Positions 1-11,879 of a stretch of DNA of 40,540 bases are shown here, piece by piece (position 1 is the first letter of the stretch; every line of letters begins with the position of its first letter). The stretch covers positions 1 to 40,540 of the forward strand of contig JAQGDQ010001448.1 in assembly GCA_030141605.1 (NCBI GenBank), written 5' to 3'. A program made the translations under genes and the position numbers. The DNA comes from Tubiluchus corallicola (lineage: Eukaryota > Animalia > Priapulida). Under the pieces are notes generated by a model. It had not been told where the DNA came from, searched no databases, and saw nothing but the letters and a program-made list of their open reading frames with translations.

Positions 1-329
<329 letters not shown>

Positions 330-2732
330 CTCTTTAGAATAAACGACTTTGGAACATGAACGAAATAGCGAAGGCTTTCTGTACATAACAATAACAACTG
401 CAACTTATTAAATCATGTTTGCAGATATAGATCGAGTTACTTTCATCAATAGTAGTTATTCTCAAGTACAGATATAAATTGCAGGCTACTACAAGGATCT
501 ACTCAGCGCCCTTCGTTCTTCTTAATATATATCATTAACAGATACAGTTGTTTTAATTTAGGTTTATTGATTTCACAAATCATTTTTGGAAATACTAATG
601 CAACTAAAAACAATGCCCAACTAACAATAATTAATTCTTGGATGCACACACTCAGGATCACAGTCAGATGTAACAAGCAAAACACTTGCTCAGCTCACGC
701 TGCCTTTTAGCCACAGCCATAATGCATATTTTCATGAGTTTAAGACTTCGTAAATGCGGAACAAGTGATTCTAATGGTGCTTAATCAACACTTTTTCAAA
801 ATACTGTTAGTAAAAAAACAAAAAACAAAAACCGATTAAAAGCAGCCGCTCAGTGCATGAACTTAGAAGTTTGAAATTCGCTTGCAATTGGAATCTTTGA
901 GCTGTTTTTAGGCATACAAATATTTCAGACTGTATTTAAAAATTTAAAGAAGGTAAGAATATTAGATTCAAAGTTTTATAATGGATACTGCATGAAAGAA
1001 ATCATAGCTCAGTTTAATGAACATAAATAATTGTGCAAGTTGAAATCAGCAACTGTAATCACCAAAATACCCGACAAAATGCAACATATGATGCAGGTAA
1101 AAAATTTCAACCTTTTGCAAAACGTGAGTGATTATTGCTTGAGAAAAAGTCAAAACAAAGAAAGCATCCATATGGAAGCAACCCGTGGTTAAACAGGTAC
1201 TATGCTGTTACTAAAACAAGACTAAGCGCATTAATTATCTGAGCAGACCTACAAAAATGGACCTACATCAAAGTCTTACTATCTTACATAAATAATGCAC
1301 CTTCTTTTCAGTGAGTCAATCAGTCGAAAAGGCCATATCATGAGCTAAAAGCGATAAATTTCGTTGTGCATTATCTTAATTTAAACAAAACTTAGCAGCT
1401 CAAATGTAAATAACTCTTGAAATCACCTTCAAATTTTGAATATGGGAATAGTAGATCAAAGTCACCAAAAGTGCAGCGGACGGTCTCTGCATTCTTAACT
1501 GGCGTAAAATTTAAGTCAAATTTACGTCGAATTTCTGCTACTTTTGACAAAATTTTCTCTCAGCCTTCATCAGAAATTTTTGGAAATTTAACCTCCTTTT
1601 CACTATTATCATGTTTTTCTTAATCATAACTCTGGTCTGGTTACAAATACTTCATTACAGATTTTTTTTTCTTTTATCGTCACTCACGAGCTTTTTTACC
1701 TTTCGTTTCCTGCATTCCGCTCTTAAAGATTCCGATTCCTATGAGTTTAATTATCTGCCATAATTCGATAAAATGTTGTTGTAAGAAACTTTTTATTAAC
1801 AGTAATAAGATTACTATAAACACCTCCTTGCCTTAGCTTTGTCGATATATGCATACAGTAGAAACAGCGGGTTAAAGCAAGGTAACAGTGTCTCAGTGAA
1901 ATGACGTAATGCTAGGAAATCAGAAAAAAAACTAAAGTACAAAAGTTGCGGGAATTCATCTATCGAGCGTAGATGAATCAAGCATTTTAATAGGAACATA
2001 CATTATGTTGTTAAAGTACTTACAGTAAACTTATGAATTAAAGAATTACTTCCAGAATTTGGTGCCCTATGCAACTCCCTGTTTGCCTAGTGGTAGAGCC
2101 ACCTTGACCAGCTATTTTTACAATGCAATTTTACATTCTATTCAAGTACAGTAGGCGCCGTTTTTATTAAACTCACGGTTGATAGAATCAGATTCAAAAA
2201 ACACCCGGTAGGGGCCGTCAGCTGCTGCTGTAGTCTTTTACTACGCAGTTGGCCTACTGCAGCTAGTGAAGTACGTGGAATTGGAGGCTAGTGCGAACAC
2301 TCATTAGTACTGCCTAATTAAGCTTTAAACGTTCATTACCTAAGTGTTCAGTTAGTGTAATTATTTACTACTCACTGTCAATGGTTCGTTTTGTAAGCTC
2401 TGTAGCATGAAGTTACTGACAACACGACCGTCGTTCATGTGCATTCTCGGTCCAAATGTATTGAAAATTCTAGCAACGCGAACTTCAACATTGTCCTGTC
2501 AACACAAACACAGTCTGATTAATTTACAATTTTAAATTTTTATGTGTATTTCCAATTTAAGAATAAGACACGCAATAATTTAATAAATATTTTTATAACA
2601 GTCTTTCAAAATAATAATCTATTGTAAAATCAAGACAAACAAATTTGAAATAAAATTTCTAATAACTAGGTATATAGTGAATACATTTTACGTTACATTA
2701 ATTATGTAATAGTGAATACATTTTACGTTTTG

Positions 2733-3435
2733 TTTGTAGCGTGTTGGTAAATTTGCTCATTCCTCAATACGTGTTTGTAGCGTGTTGGTAAATTTGCTCA
2801 CTAATTAACAACTGCTTGTAGCGTGTTAGGAATTTTACTCATTCCTTAACAACTGTTTGTGGCGTGTTGGTAATTTTGTCATTTTTAAAAACTGTTTGTT
2901 GCGTGTTAGGAATTTTACTCATTCCTTAACAACTGTTTGTGGCGTGTTGGTAATTTTGTCATTTTTTAAAAACTGTTTGTAGCGTGTTGGTAATTTTGTC
3001 ATTTTTTAAAAACTGTTTGTAGCGTGTAGTGAATTTTGTCATTTTTTAGCAACTGTTTGTAGCGTATTGGTAATTTTGCTCACTCCTTAACAACTGCTTG
3101 TAGCGTGTTGGTAAATTTGCTCATTCCTTAACAACTGTTTCTAGCGTGTTAGGAATTTTACTCATTCCTTAATAACTGTTTGTAGCGTGTTGGTAATTCT
3201 GTTATTTTTAAAAACTGTTTGTAGCGTGTTAGGAATTTTACTCATTCCTTAACAACTGTTTGTAGCGTGTTGGTAATTCTGTCATTTTTGAACAACTGTT
3301 TGTAGCGTGTAGGGAATTTTGTCATTTTTTAACAACTGTTTGTAGCGTGTTGGTAATTTTGTCATTTTTTGACAACTGTTTGTAGCATGTAGGGAATTTT
3401 GTCATTTTTTAACAACTGTTTCTAGCGTGTTAATT
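2733..3435. repeat. ~40-41 bp minisatellite, ~17 units (AACTGTTTGTAGCGTGTTGGTAATTTTGTCATTTTT-like)
   Basis: Directly visible tandem units with two interleaved variants (...ACTCATTCCTTAAC and ...GTCATTTTTTAA). Confidence 0.95.
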
Positions 3436-3443
3436 CCGTCATT

Positions 3444-3690
3444 TTTGTTCAAAATGCGTACGTGTTCAACAGTAAAGGAATCGCTGGATCATTTATTGGT
3501 CAAGTTCAAGCAACGTTTGAAACTCACAATAATGCTCAAATATTACACTCAGTTCTAAGCTACAAAAATGTCATCCAAATTAACTCCGAAGGAAAGATCT
3601 CCCTGATTGTAGATGTAAAAGGAAAAATGGCGAAAATCAAAGTGCAAAATCCGATGTGATTATGCTGAAGCAATAATTACGTCACCGACT
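3444..3690 (+). pseudogene. Diverged fragment of the cadherin-like gene (membrane-proximal repeat), inverted relative to the neighbouring full gene
   Basis: Translation FVQNAYVFNSKGIAGSFIGQVQATFETHNNAQILHSVLSYKNV..INSEGKI matches FVQNSYVFNSTEVADSYIGQVHATFETHNNAQILYSILSYKNVARINSEGKI. After an internal deletion, homology resumes at GCAATAATTACGTCACCGACT. No ATG or signal peptide. Confidence 0.92.
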
Positions 3691-5355
3691 CAGGGTAACT
3701 CAACGTGGACTCATCCTAAACTGTTACTGCCAAGTGTTTCTTCTGGACTTTTACTATTGATAAAAACACCTTTATATAATGCTAATATATCACTCGATAA
3801 GTCATTTTTGCTGATCATCTCTCACCTTTCACCTGTTGATTGATTTTTGATTTTTGTTGATGATTAAGGTCGAATTGTAAATGTGAATTTTGTTCTGTTT
3901 AATATTTCAAATGATTTTGTAACGAGAACTGTAGAAATTTCCAATCATAAAAATTCTCTCCACACACAGTGGCATAAAAGCAACCAACGATTTATTGAGA
4001 AAACCTTGCACTGAAAAGCATAACCTTTAACATTGCTGTCTTTTGATCAACTGGAACTTGCATGCCTGAGAGAATAAAGCTCTAATCACATGACCAGACA
4101 TACAAGTTCCTATTGGAAGGTACATTAAATTCATGCATACAGACCATAAATGGAAAGGTCACATATACTCTACAGACTACTAGTTAAACCAAAATCAAAG
4201 TCTACTTGGCTTCTTTGTTAGCAGAATAAAGATTATTGGTTTACAGAAAGCTGTGTTATAATGTTATAATTTTTCTCTATTTAAATTTGAATAAGAGAGT
4301 TAGAACCAGAATTAAAGCATGAAATTAACAACCTAATTACTCTAATTAATGACTATTTCTAAAAGCAAAAGGAAACAATATTTAGAAACAAAAAATCACT
4401 CTCTGACAAACTTTGTACAATTAGAGTGTAGATGGCAGCATAGACTAAATCAGTACTTTAGTGTAGTAGACTGACAATTAAATGGATAACATAATACCAC
4501 AATCGCGTACTCGCTACAATATGCGACAAGAACATTCACTGTTGAACATTTAGACTTTACATAACAAACAAGTTTAACTGTAAAATAAAGAAAGGCCAGT
4601 TTTCTCTAACCAATAGAAAAAGTTGAATTCAGGGACTACATCATCGTTTTGCTACCTCCTTTGGAAGATAGAATACCATTTCTTGACAAGCAGCGACTAA
4701 GAAGAGAGCTGTGTTACGGGCTTCTTTAACTTTTTCATGTGTAGTCTAGCTATGCGCATGCGCAAAGCAAGTATAAACGTAGTGTTCATGAAATTTAGGG
4801 CATCTTTGTCGGTGTCCCTTTTCACCGGGGGCTGAATTTTCTAACGTTCGTGCAGCTCTTTTTATAGTGAGTAATGTACAGTATAGTTTTTACTATTACC
4901 TATAGGCTCTTGTCTTTTTGCTCTTGTGTGTAGTTCTTTGTAGGTATGCAGCGCCTGTAGGTTGACTTCTCTGCAGTCTTCACAAACCTGCACCCCCTGG
5001 CGCCCACAATAGTGTGTAACGTTAGTTCATTTCATGCAGTTTCCCATTAGATCACATCAGTAGGCAGAAAACGTTTCTTTCATTGCCAAAACATTTGGGT
5101 ACGATGTGATGGATGTCTATTTCTCACGCTTTAGTCAGAAGTGAGAGGCCTGTTAAATTTCACTGAATGTAACTTACACAACATCTAGTGCAGCAAAAAA
5201 AGAACTTAGGCAAAACAATGCAAATTTATTTTTAAAAATAAAAATAATACCTGAAAAGGAATTAAAGCATGTTTCAAAAAACTGATGGAAACAAAGCGAT
5301 CTAAGACAGTGAAACAAATGTTTTCTGTTCCATTGATTTATACTTTTAATAACAA

Positions 5356-7857
5356 CTAATTCTTTCCTCCATTGAGACTGCCTGACACCGTTTCAAGTGT
5401 TTCTGCCAAAATACTTCCTGAATGATAATCTTCCATCTCTTCTTCCTCTACAGAAGTAACCTCAACGTCTGCCTTTTTTCTTTTTATTGAATCACTCTTT
5501 GTTTCAGCATGCTCTTTTGCTTCATCTGCTTTTACAGTAGTAGCTTCAATATCGGTATGCTTTTCTGCATCACTTCTTTTTTGTGACTCATCTTCTGTTT
5601 CCACACCATCTTCTTTTTCATATCTTTTCAACACATTTTCATTTGTAGTAAAACCAGTATCAGCAAACTCTTCTATTTCTTCTTCATTAATTGAATCAGC
5701 AATTATTTCAGCCTCCGTCTCCGCTTTTTCACCCTTGGCAGAAGCGTCGTTTGCTACACCTTCCTTTTCTGTCAAGTCACCAAAACTAGTGCTAATGTCC
5801 AACTTTCTTTTTCTGTTCAGATAAATCAATAATGCAATTATTACACCGAACAATATCACAATAACTAGAATCAATAGTACAACTCCAGAAGAAACACTTT
5901 GTGTGTTTGACAGTAGCAGGTGTGGATCAGTCGATGATGCGTCTCCTTTAGTCGGTGATGTAATTATTGCTTTAGCATAACCACATCGATTTTTGCTATC
6001 TGATCCAGCTATGCAAGCACTTAAGCCAATCGCCATTTTTCTTTTTGCGTCTACAGTCAGGGTAATCTTTCCTTCGGAGTTAATTCGAGCGACATTTTTG
6101 TAGCTTAGAATTGAGTATAATATCTGCGCATTATTGTGAGTTTCAAACGTTGCGTGAACTTGACCAATATATGAATCAGCAACTTCTGTACTGTTGAACA
6201 CGTAGGAATTTTGAACAAACTTGGGACTTTTCAGTGCCGCATTTCTCACATCAACAGTAACATCAACAGTTCCTACTATCCGCCATGTTTCAGTATTGTG
6301 AACCAATACAGCAAGTTCGTAGCGATCCTTAATACCTTCACTTAGCTTTGAATCTATAACCAGACTTAAGATTGATGTACTTGCATTTTGCAGTTTATTT
6401 ACGATTAAACTAAAGTCATTTACTGCCACGTCCTGCTTTGGATTTGCTAATGAATAGATGAGAGGCATTTCTGAATTACCAATAAGAGCAGGCACAAATA
6501 ATATCATTGTGTCATCACGTTCGTGATCAAACACATCGACTGAAAAACTTTCTTTTTTGAACTTTACAGAATTTTGTCTGATTTCAACAGATAAGAGTGC
6601 TCTGTCATAATGTGCAGCATCATCACGTTCTGTTGCTTGAACAAGAGTGTGGTAAATAACTGATGGAGGGAGATTCCCAGCAATGGTAATTTCACCATTT
6701 GCTTCATTTATTTTAAATTTGTTTTCTATTTGGCTTGGATACGGAAAAGAGAAAAACACAACATTTCCTAGTCCATCTTTGTCATTGGCTTCAATCTTTG
6801 CTGGTTCAACTTTCAGTGGTGTACTAAAATCTTCTTTATACACCTCGACCTGATACATATTGTAAGAAAATTTAGGATTTTCGTTATTTGTATTTTCTAT
6901 AATAACATTAAAACTATATTTTCTGTTCTGTCTTTTAGCTGGAGGAGTATTCCCATCAATCGGTGGTGCCTTGAACTTAGTATTGGGTATCAACCAAAGA
7001 TTTACCACCAGAGGCTCTGTGGTCTTGTAGTGTACTTTCTTATTCAGATAAACACAAAAGTCAAGTTTCTTTGTTGGTTGATAAGAATTGAAATCCTTTT
7101 CTATAGTTTTACCTTGAAAATATTCCTGTCTGGTGCAGTTAAAACTGCCAACGTGGTTCACAAGTGAGCCGAGGCATATCTTAAAATCGCGTGCATATTT
7201 AAATCGGTCTGGGTCTTCGGCATGAAATTCCCACAATTGTGAGCCAATTAGAGCGTTTTCAGGAAGATGCATTGTGGTGGCGTGGGAGTCTAATACAGGA
7301 TCATATCGGTCGTCTATAGGCTTTATTACGAGGGTAAGCATGAAGTCACTCCACCTGCTTTTTTTACTGCGGTCACATTCATAGTACGTTCCCCAGTAGC
7401 CATGCTCTTTAAAGCAGCTCATGCATCTAAACTTCAATAAAAGTTTGGGTTTTTCCTGTTGAAGTTGATCTCTTTTTTTGTTTAACAGATAATCACCAAT
7501 TGTTCCACGACGCGTGTACTTTAAATAAGGACCCGGTGTTACTTCATTCCCCGGGTTGTCATGTCCTGTCATAAACAAGGAGTGGTCATTGGGGATGCCG
7601 TTTATTGTTCTAAGGTAAGCAAGTCCATAGTTAATGGTAGAATGATATTGGTAGTCATGAATCCCCAAACGTATTCTGTTTCCTGTCTGAAAGAATACTT
7701 CCGAGACTGTCAATTCATATGACGAAGTCGGTGAATTGTGACATGCTTTTAGAGGTGGCGTGCCTCCTGACAATTGCGTGAATACGTACCACCAACCTAC
7801 GCTGAATCTCAAAATTGCAAAAAGTAAGAACAGTGTTTCAAACAATTTGCATTCCAT
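5356..7857 (-). CDS. Intronless cadherin-like single-pass membrane protein, 833 aa from the first ATG (copy 1)
   Basis: Signal peptide MECKLFETLFLLFAILRFSVG. Cadherin-type motifs LPENALIGS..HAEDPD, VIIENTNNENPKF, ANDKDG, FKINEANGEITI, VQATERD. TM helix VVLLILVIVILFGVIIALLIYL followed by NRKRK, then an acidic tail. The ORF-track start (7866) is TTG; the first ATG is 7857. AATAAA ~125 bp after the stop (5225-5230). Confidence 0.9.
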   Translation of the reverse strand: MECKLFETLFLLFAILRFSVGWWYVFTQLSGGTPPLKACHNSPTSSYELTVSEVFFQTGNRIRLGIHDYQYHSTINYGLAYLRTINGIPNDHSLFMTGHDNPGNEVTPGPYLKYTRRGTIGDYLLNKKRDQLQQEKPKLLLKFRCMSCFKEHGYWGTYYECDRSKKSRWSDFMLTLVIKPIDDRYDPVLDSHATTMHLPENALIGSQLWEFHAEDPDRFKYARDFKICLGSLVNHVGSFNCTRQEYFQGKTIEKDFNSYQPTKKLDFCVYLNKKVHYKTTEPLVVNLWLIPNTKFKAPPIDGNTPPAKRQNRKYSFNVIIENTNNENPKFSYNMYQVEVYKEDFSTPLKVEPAKIEANDKDGLGNVVFFSFPYPSQIENKFKINEANGEITIAGNLPPSVIYHTLVQATERDDAAHYDRALLSVEIRQNSVKFKKESFSVDVFDHERDDTMILFVPALIGNSEMPLIYSLANPKQDVAVNDFSLIVNKLQNASTSILSLVIDSKLSEGIKDRYELAVLVHNTETWRIVGTVDVTVDVRNAALKSPKFVQNSYVFNSTEVADSYIGQVHATFETHNNAQILYSILSYKNVARINSEGKITLTVDAKRKMAIGLSACIAGSDSKNRCGYAKAIITSPTKGDASSTDPHLLLSNTQSVSSGVVLLILVIVILFGVIIALLIYLNRKRKLDISTSFGDLTEKEGVANDASAKGEKAETEAEIIADSINEEEIEEFADTGFTTNENVLKRYEKEDGVETEDESQKRSDAEKHTDIEATTVKADEAKEHAETKSDSIKRKKADVEVTSVEEEEMEDYHSGSILAETLETVSGSLNGGKN

Positions 7858-7884
7858 CTTACTCAATCAACGTGTGTTGTCCTC

Positions 7885-8153
7885 TCATTGGCAACTACGG
7901 CAGTATTCATTGGCAACTACGGCAGTATTCATTGGCAACTACGGCAGTATTCATTGGCAACTGTGGCAGTATTCATTGGCAACTACGGCAGTATTCATTG
8001 GCAACTGTGGCAGTATTCATTGGCAACTACAGCAGTATTCATTGGCAACTCAGGCAGTATTCATTGGCAACTGTGGCAGTATTCATTGGCAACTACGGCA
8101 GTATTCATTGGCAACTACGGCAGTATTCATTGGCAACTACGGCAGTATTCATT
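7885..8153. repeat. 22-bp minisatellite x12 (TCATTGGCAACTACGGCAGTAT), immediately upstream of the cadherin-like ATG
   Basis: Visible tandem units ending ~27 bp from the start codon. Confidence 0.97.
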
Positions 8154-8469
8154 ATCAAATTTGTTGACTGTGGCTAAAAGTCACTTGTTTTAAGCCTGTC
8201 TTCCCGTCTCTTCTTATGCGTTAGATAACATAGAAATTTATGTTCTATTTGCTCTACTGTTTTGCTATATTGTTTTTGCTCTATTGTTTCCATGACTGTC
8301 ATTGTCACAGCATTGTTGCCTGGTGAACTCATCACCGTTCCAAAGTAAATTTAGAACTTTGTAATTTAAAATACAGACCTTACCATTAATACCAGACAGT
8401 TAACTATGCCTGCAGCATTCGAACACATGACACGCTGCGCCATCCAACGGCAGTCGAGTAAAAAAAGCA

Positions 8470-8700
8470 ATGTAGGTAAAAACGGCACAGGAAAAAATGG
8501 TGCAAATATAAACGTAAGTCAAAATGACACCTTTAGTAAATATATGCTTAGGGTTAGGGTTACGGTGGTGGATAATTACATTTACCTCTGCCAAAGAAGT
8601 TATACTTTAACACAGTTTGTTTGTTTGTCGGTTTGTTTGTTTGATTGTTTTTTTGTTTGTTATGGCAGTATTACGCAAACAAATATCTAACAGATTTCCA
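8470..8700. mobile_element. Probable Helitron/Helentron-associated (DINE-1/HINE-like) non-autonomous remnants; mirror at ~14750-14975
   Basis: GGAAAAAATGG(C/T) motifs plus short TTAGGG repeats, then TTTACCTCTGCCAAAGAAGTTAT followed by (GTTT)n. This layout is recalled from HINE-type elements; no database check was made. Confidence 0.4.
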
Positions 8701-9296
8701 AGAAAAGGCGGGTATAGGGTCCTCAAATAAAAATCTTTTCGTTGGTTCTTTTTCTCCAAAAACTTGGTCGAACAACACTTACAAAAAGCATTCGTGAAGA
8801 AACGTTGTGGAGATCTCAGGGGAGTGCTTAGCAGATATTTTTGTTATGTTCACCTGGTCAGACAACCACGAGTTAGTTCCAGTTCCATTTCGAGAAATTG
8901 TCACTTGGAAACGCTGTCTATAATTTTTGCTTGTTAATGTGCATATAGCCTTATAAGGTGATTTGATATGTAAATACGTATATTTGTCAGTCTGTTACTA
9001 TCACCAAAATTAATGGTTGAAAAAGTAGATAAACACTATGTGGAACATTCGTACATTATTGATTGTAAGTTTATTTTGCCAATCCTTTGTTAGTCTGTAT
9101 AATACCAATACAGGTACATTTTTTCATGTTTGCTTGTTCACCTTCGTGTTAATTTTTTTAATAAAAAAATTAGACGAATAAATTTAGAATTTTGGCTTTT
9201 GCAGTCTGCTTTCTAGTGAGCGCATTTTAATTTTAATATAAAAATCAATTTCATCAAAATAACATGAGTGCCAGTTTCTACTACTTTCCATGTGTG

Positions 9297-9650
9297 TCAT
9301 TTTTCCCTGCACCATTTTCCCTGCACCATTTTCCCTGCACCATTTTTCTTGTGCCAATTTTCCCTGTACCATTTTCCCCTGTAACATTTTCCCATGCAAA
9401 TTTTCCCTGCACTATTCTTTCCAGTGACAATATTCACTGCACCATTTTTCCCTGTGCCATTTTCCCTGCGCCATTTTTCCCTGCGCCGTTTTTCCCTGCG
9501 CCATTTTTCCCTGTACCATTTTTCCCAGTACCATTTTCCCATGCCAATTTTCCCTGCACTATTCTTCCCAGTGCCATTTTTCCCTACACCATTTTTCCCG
9601 GCACTATTTTTCCCTGCACCATTTTTCCCTGCGCCATTTTTCCCTGCACT
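9297..9650. repeat. ~17-18 bp degenerate minisatellite (CATTTTTCCCTGCAC-like)
   Basis: Visible tandem units; they generate spurious FFPAP-type ORFs. Confidence 0.93.
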
Positions 9651-10883
9651 AAAATTTTAGTTAGTTAGTGACGTGTGCGTTACGAATGCTCTGATTATTT
9701 TTTCAAACTTTACTCTGTGTTATTTAAACGTATTTGAAATGTTTTATCCTCAAAATGGCTGCGTCTAGCAATGTTTTATACAGAGTTACTACCGACGCAA
9801 GCACCCTTGTTTGCAAAAAGACATTATGTAAATATTAAAAATTTTCAAGACAAAATTTGGAAGCTTTGTGTAAGCGGAGAGTTTTCTTGTGTTTTAAGGA
9901 CTAATTTTGCTGTCACTTTCTAGTTAAACAAGCTAGGAGTGAAGATGGTAAAAACAATTTCAACATGTAATAACATGTAGTAATAAAAGATATCATCCAT
10001 CAGTTAAAGGAGCAATCAATAATTATTTATCATGTTAGCTCTTAACTATAACAAAACGCAGTGCTCATTCATGAAATAATTGATGTCAAAAAGTGTAACT
10101 TTGCATAATTTTTATTCTACTGTTTAAACCGTTCAAACTTTTGGTAAGATCTGTAATAACTTTGTAATGTACTTGCAGCTCGATGCGATTATCCTGTTTT
10201 TTTACGGATCCGAATAATGCCTTACTTGTAGCAAAAGCCTATCACTAATAAAGCGTCTAACTGCATTGCCTTATATTGGGCATTGGGCATCAATATATAT
10301 TATATTGATTTTTTGCTTAAAATAATGAAAACATCACATATTATAGTAGACGATCTTTTTCAACGTTGTTTCTCTGTTGTTGTTTTTTACTGTGCACTAT
10401 AATTGCACTACTGTATAATCATGCTATGTAAATTATATATAATTCAACCGTATTATAAATGTTTAAACGAAATAACATGATTGGATAGCTGTGATTCTCC
10501 TGAATAGAACAGTACTTAATTTGTAATCATTTAGTTATGCCTGTGCTCATATAGTAGTAGAAAAGTCATAGGTCTTGTAAGACCTATTTTAAATGGTGAA
10601 GTCCTGATGGAGTTAACCAGTATTAATCTGCGTTTTGTTATGAAAATAGGATGCACAACCTCATTTAAAAAAACTATTAACAAAATAGAGTATTCTTAGT
10701 TACCATATATTATTATATTAATCCTTGACAACACAATGCTGATGCCACTGTTCACTGATCTGTTGATGTCATAACAACAGTCATGCTTTCTTCTTCTTCT
10801 TCTTCTTCTTCTTCTTCTCTTCTTCTGTTGCTCTAAACATTTATTGTAGACGTTGAGTGTACAGGCAAGGTACATTTGCGAAG

Positions 10884-11332
10884 TTTAATGCTAATCTTAC
10901 TGGTGTTGTTTCTGGTAATCTCATTTAATGTTCTACCCATCTTAGTCTTCTGATTCTGATTTTAATGCTCCAATGTTTAATGTTAATCTTACTGGTGTTG
11001 TTTCTGGCAATCTCATTAAATGTCCTACCCATCTTAGTCTTCTGATTCTGATTTTAATGCTCCAATGTTTAATGCTAATCTTACTGGTGTTGTTTCTGGC
11101 AATCTCATTAAATGTCCTACCCATCTTAGTCTTCTGATTCTGATTTTAGTGCTCCAATGTTTAATGTTAATCTTACTGGTGTTGTTTCTGGCAATCTCAT
11201 TAAATGTCCTACCCATCTTACACTTCTGATTCTGATTTTAGTGCTCCAATATTTAACCCTAATCTTACTGGTATTGTTTCTGGCAATCTCATTAAACGTC
11301 CTACCCATCTTAGTCTTCTGATTCTGATTTTA
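10884..11332 (-). repeat. 92-bp tandem repeat (~4.9 units) derived from a LINE ORF2 C-terminal segment
   Basis: Period 92 (ORFs offset by 92 bp). The unit translates as WSTKIRIRRLRWVGHLMRLPETTPVRLAL. The array is cut at the palindrome junction. Confidence 0.93.
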
Positions 11333-11879
11333 ATGTAAACCAAGATGACCAGCAGTGCAAACAGGTATATGTAGAAGTACAGGTAAAAATCGCACTTTGT
11401 GGATAAACTGAAGCTCATTTCAACTCGTCAAACCCACAACGCGTAATTAAGAAATACGCCGTGGTAGAGATAGAACACAATGAATACGACCAAAAGCAAT
11501 ATGGTAATGTTTAAAATAAACATGATGCTACTGAGCAATTGCTGACACATGAGAGACGGTTTGTTCACAAGCAATGAGAGTAGACCATGTACCTCTGTCA
11601 AACAACTAGCTGGTGTTGAACACAAGACAGAAGCGACGCACAGAAGAGAGAACAAACTGATGAAAACGCTCGCTCTTCTACGGAAACGGCAACAGAGTTG
11701 AGGTCAGACGAGGGCCGACAGTGGCTGATGTTACTAGCTGCACGTCTGACTAGTCATTGATGTCTATTACTACTGCTGCTTGGCAATCGTGTTCATTGGT
11801 GACATCAGTGAATGTCTTCACGTAGCTAGGCAACAAAGTCGTAACATATGCATTTGGTTGCCAAGAACATCTATGACAT

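Noticed and set aside
2733-3435. CRISPR-like appearance of the 41-bp array (also the 22-, 23-, 62- and 92-bp arrays)
   Set aside because: No unique spacers, whole units repeat, no cas genes, eukaryotic context.
7760-8193. 100-135 aa ORFs antisense to the cadherin 5' end (mirror 15226-15659)
   Set aside because: All three frames are open only because that strand of the 22-bp repeat lacks stop codons.
8548-8562. TTAGGG telomere-like repeat
   Set aside because: Only ~2.5 units, embedded in a probable mobile-element remnant; not evidence of a telomere fusion.
9184-9668. FFPAP-rich and WRREK-rich ORFs (mirror 13677-14150)
   Set aside because: Minisatellite translations.
11334-11850. Hydrophobic 75-aa ORF (11428-11655, -) or possible solo LTR starting TGTA in the palindrome spacer
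   Set aside because: The ORF has no ATG before an upstream stop; no matching LTR terminus or TSD could be established.
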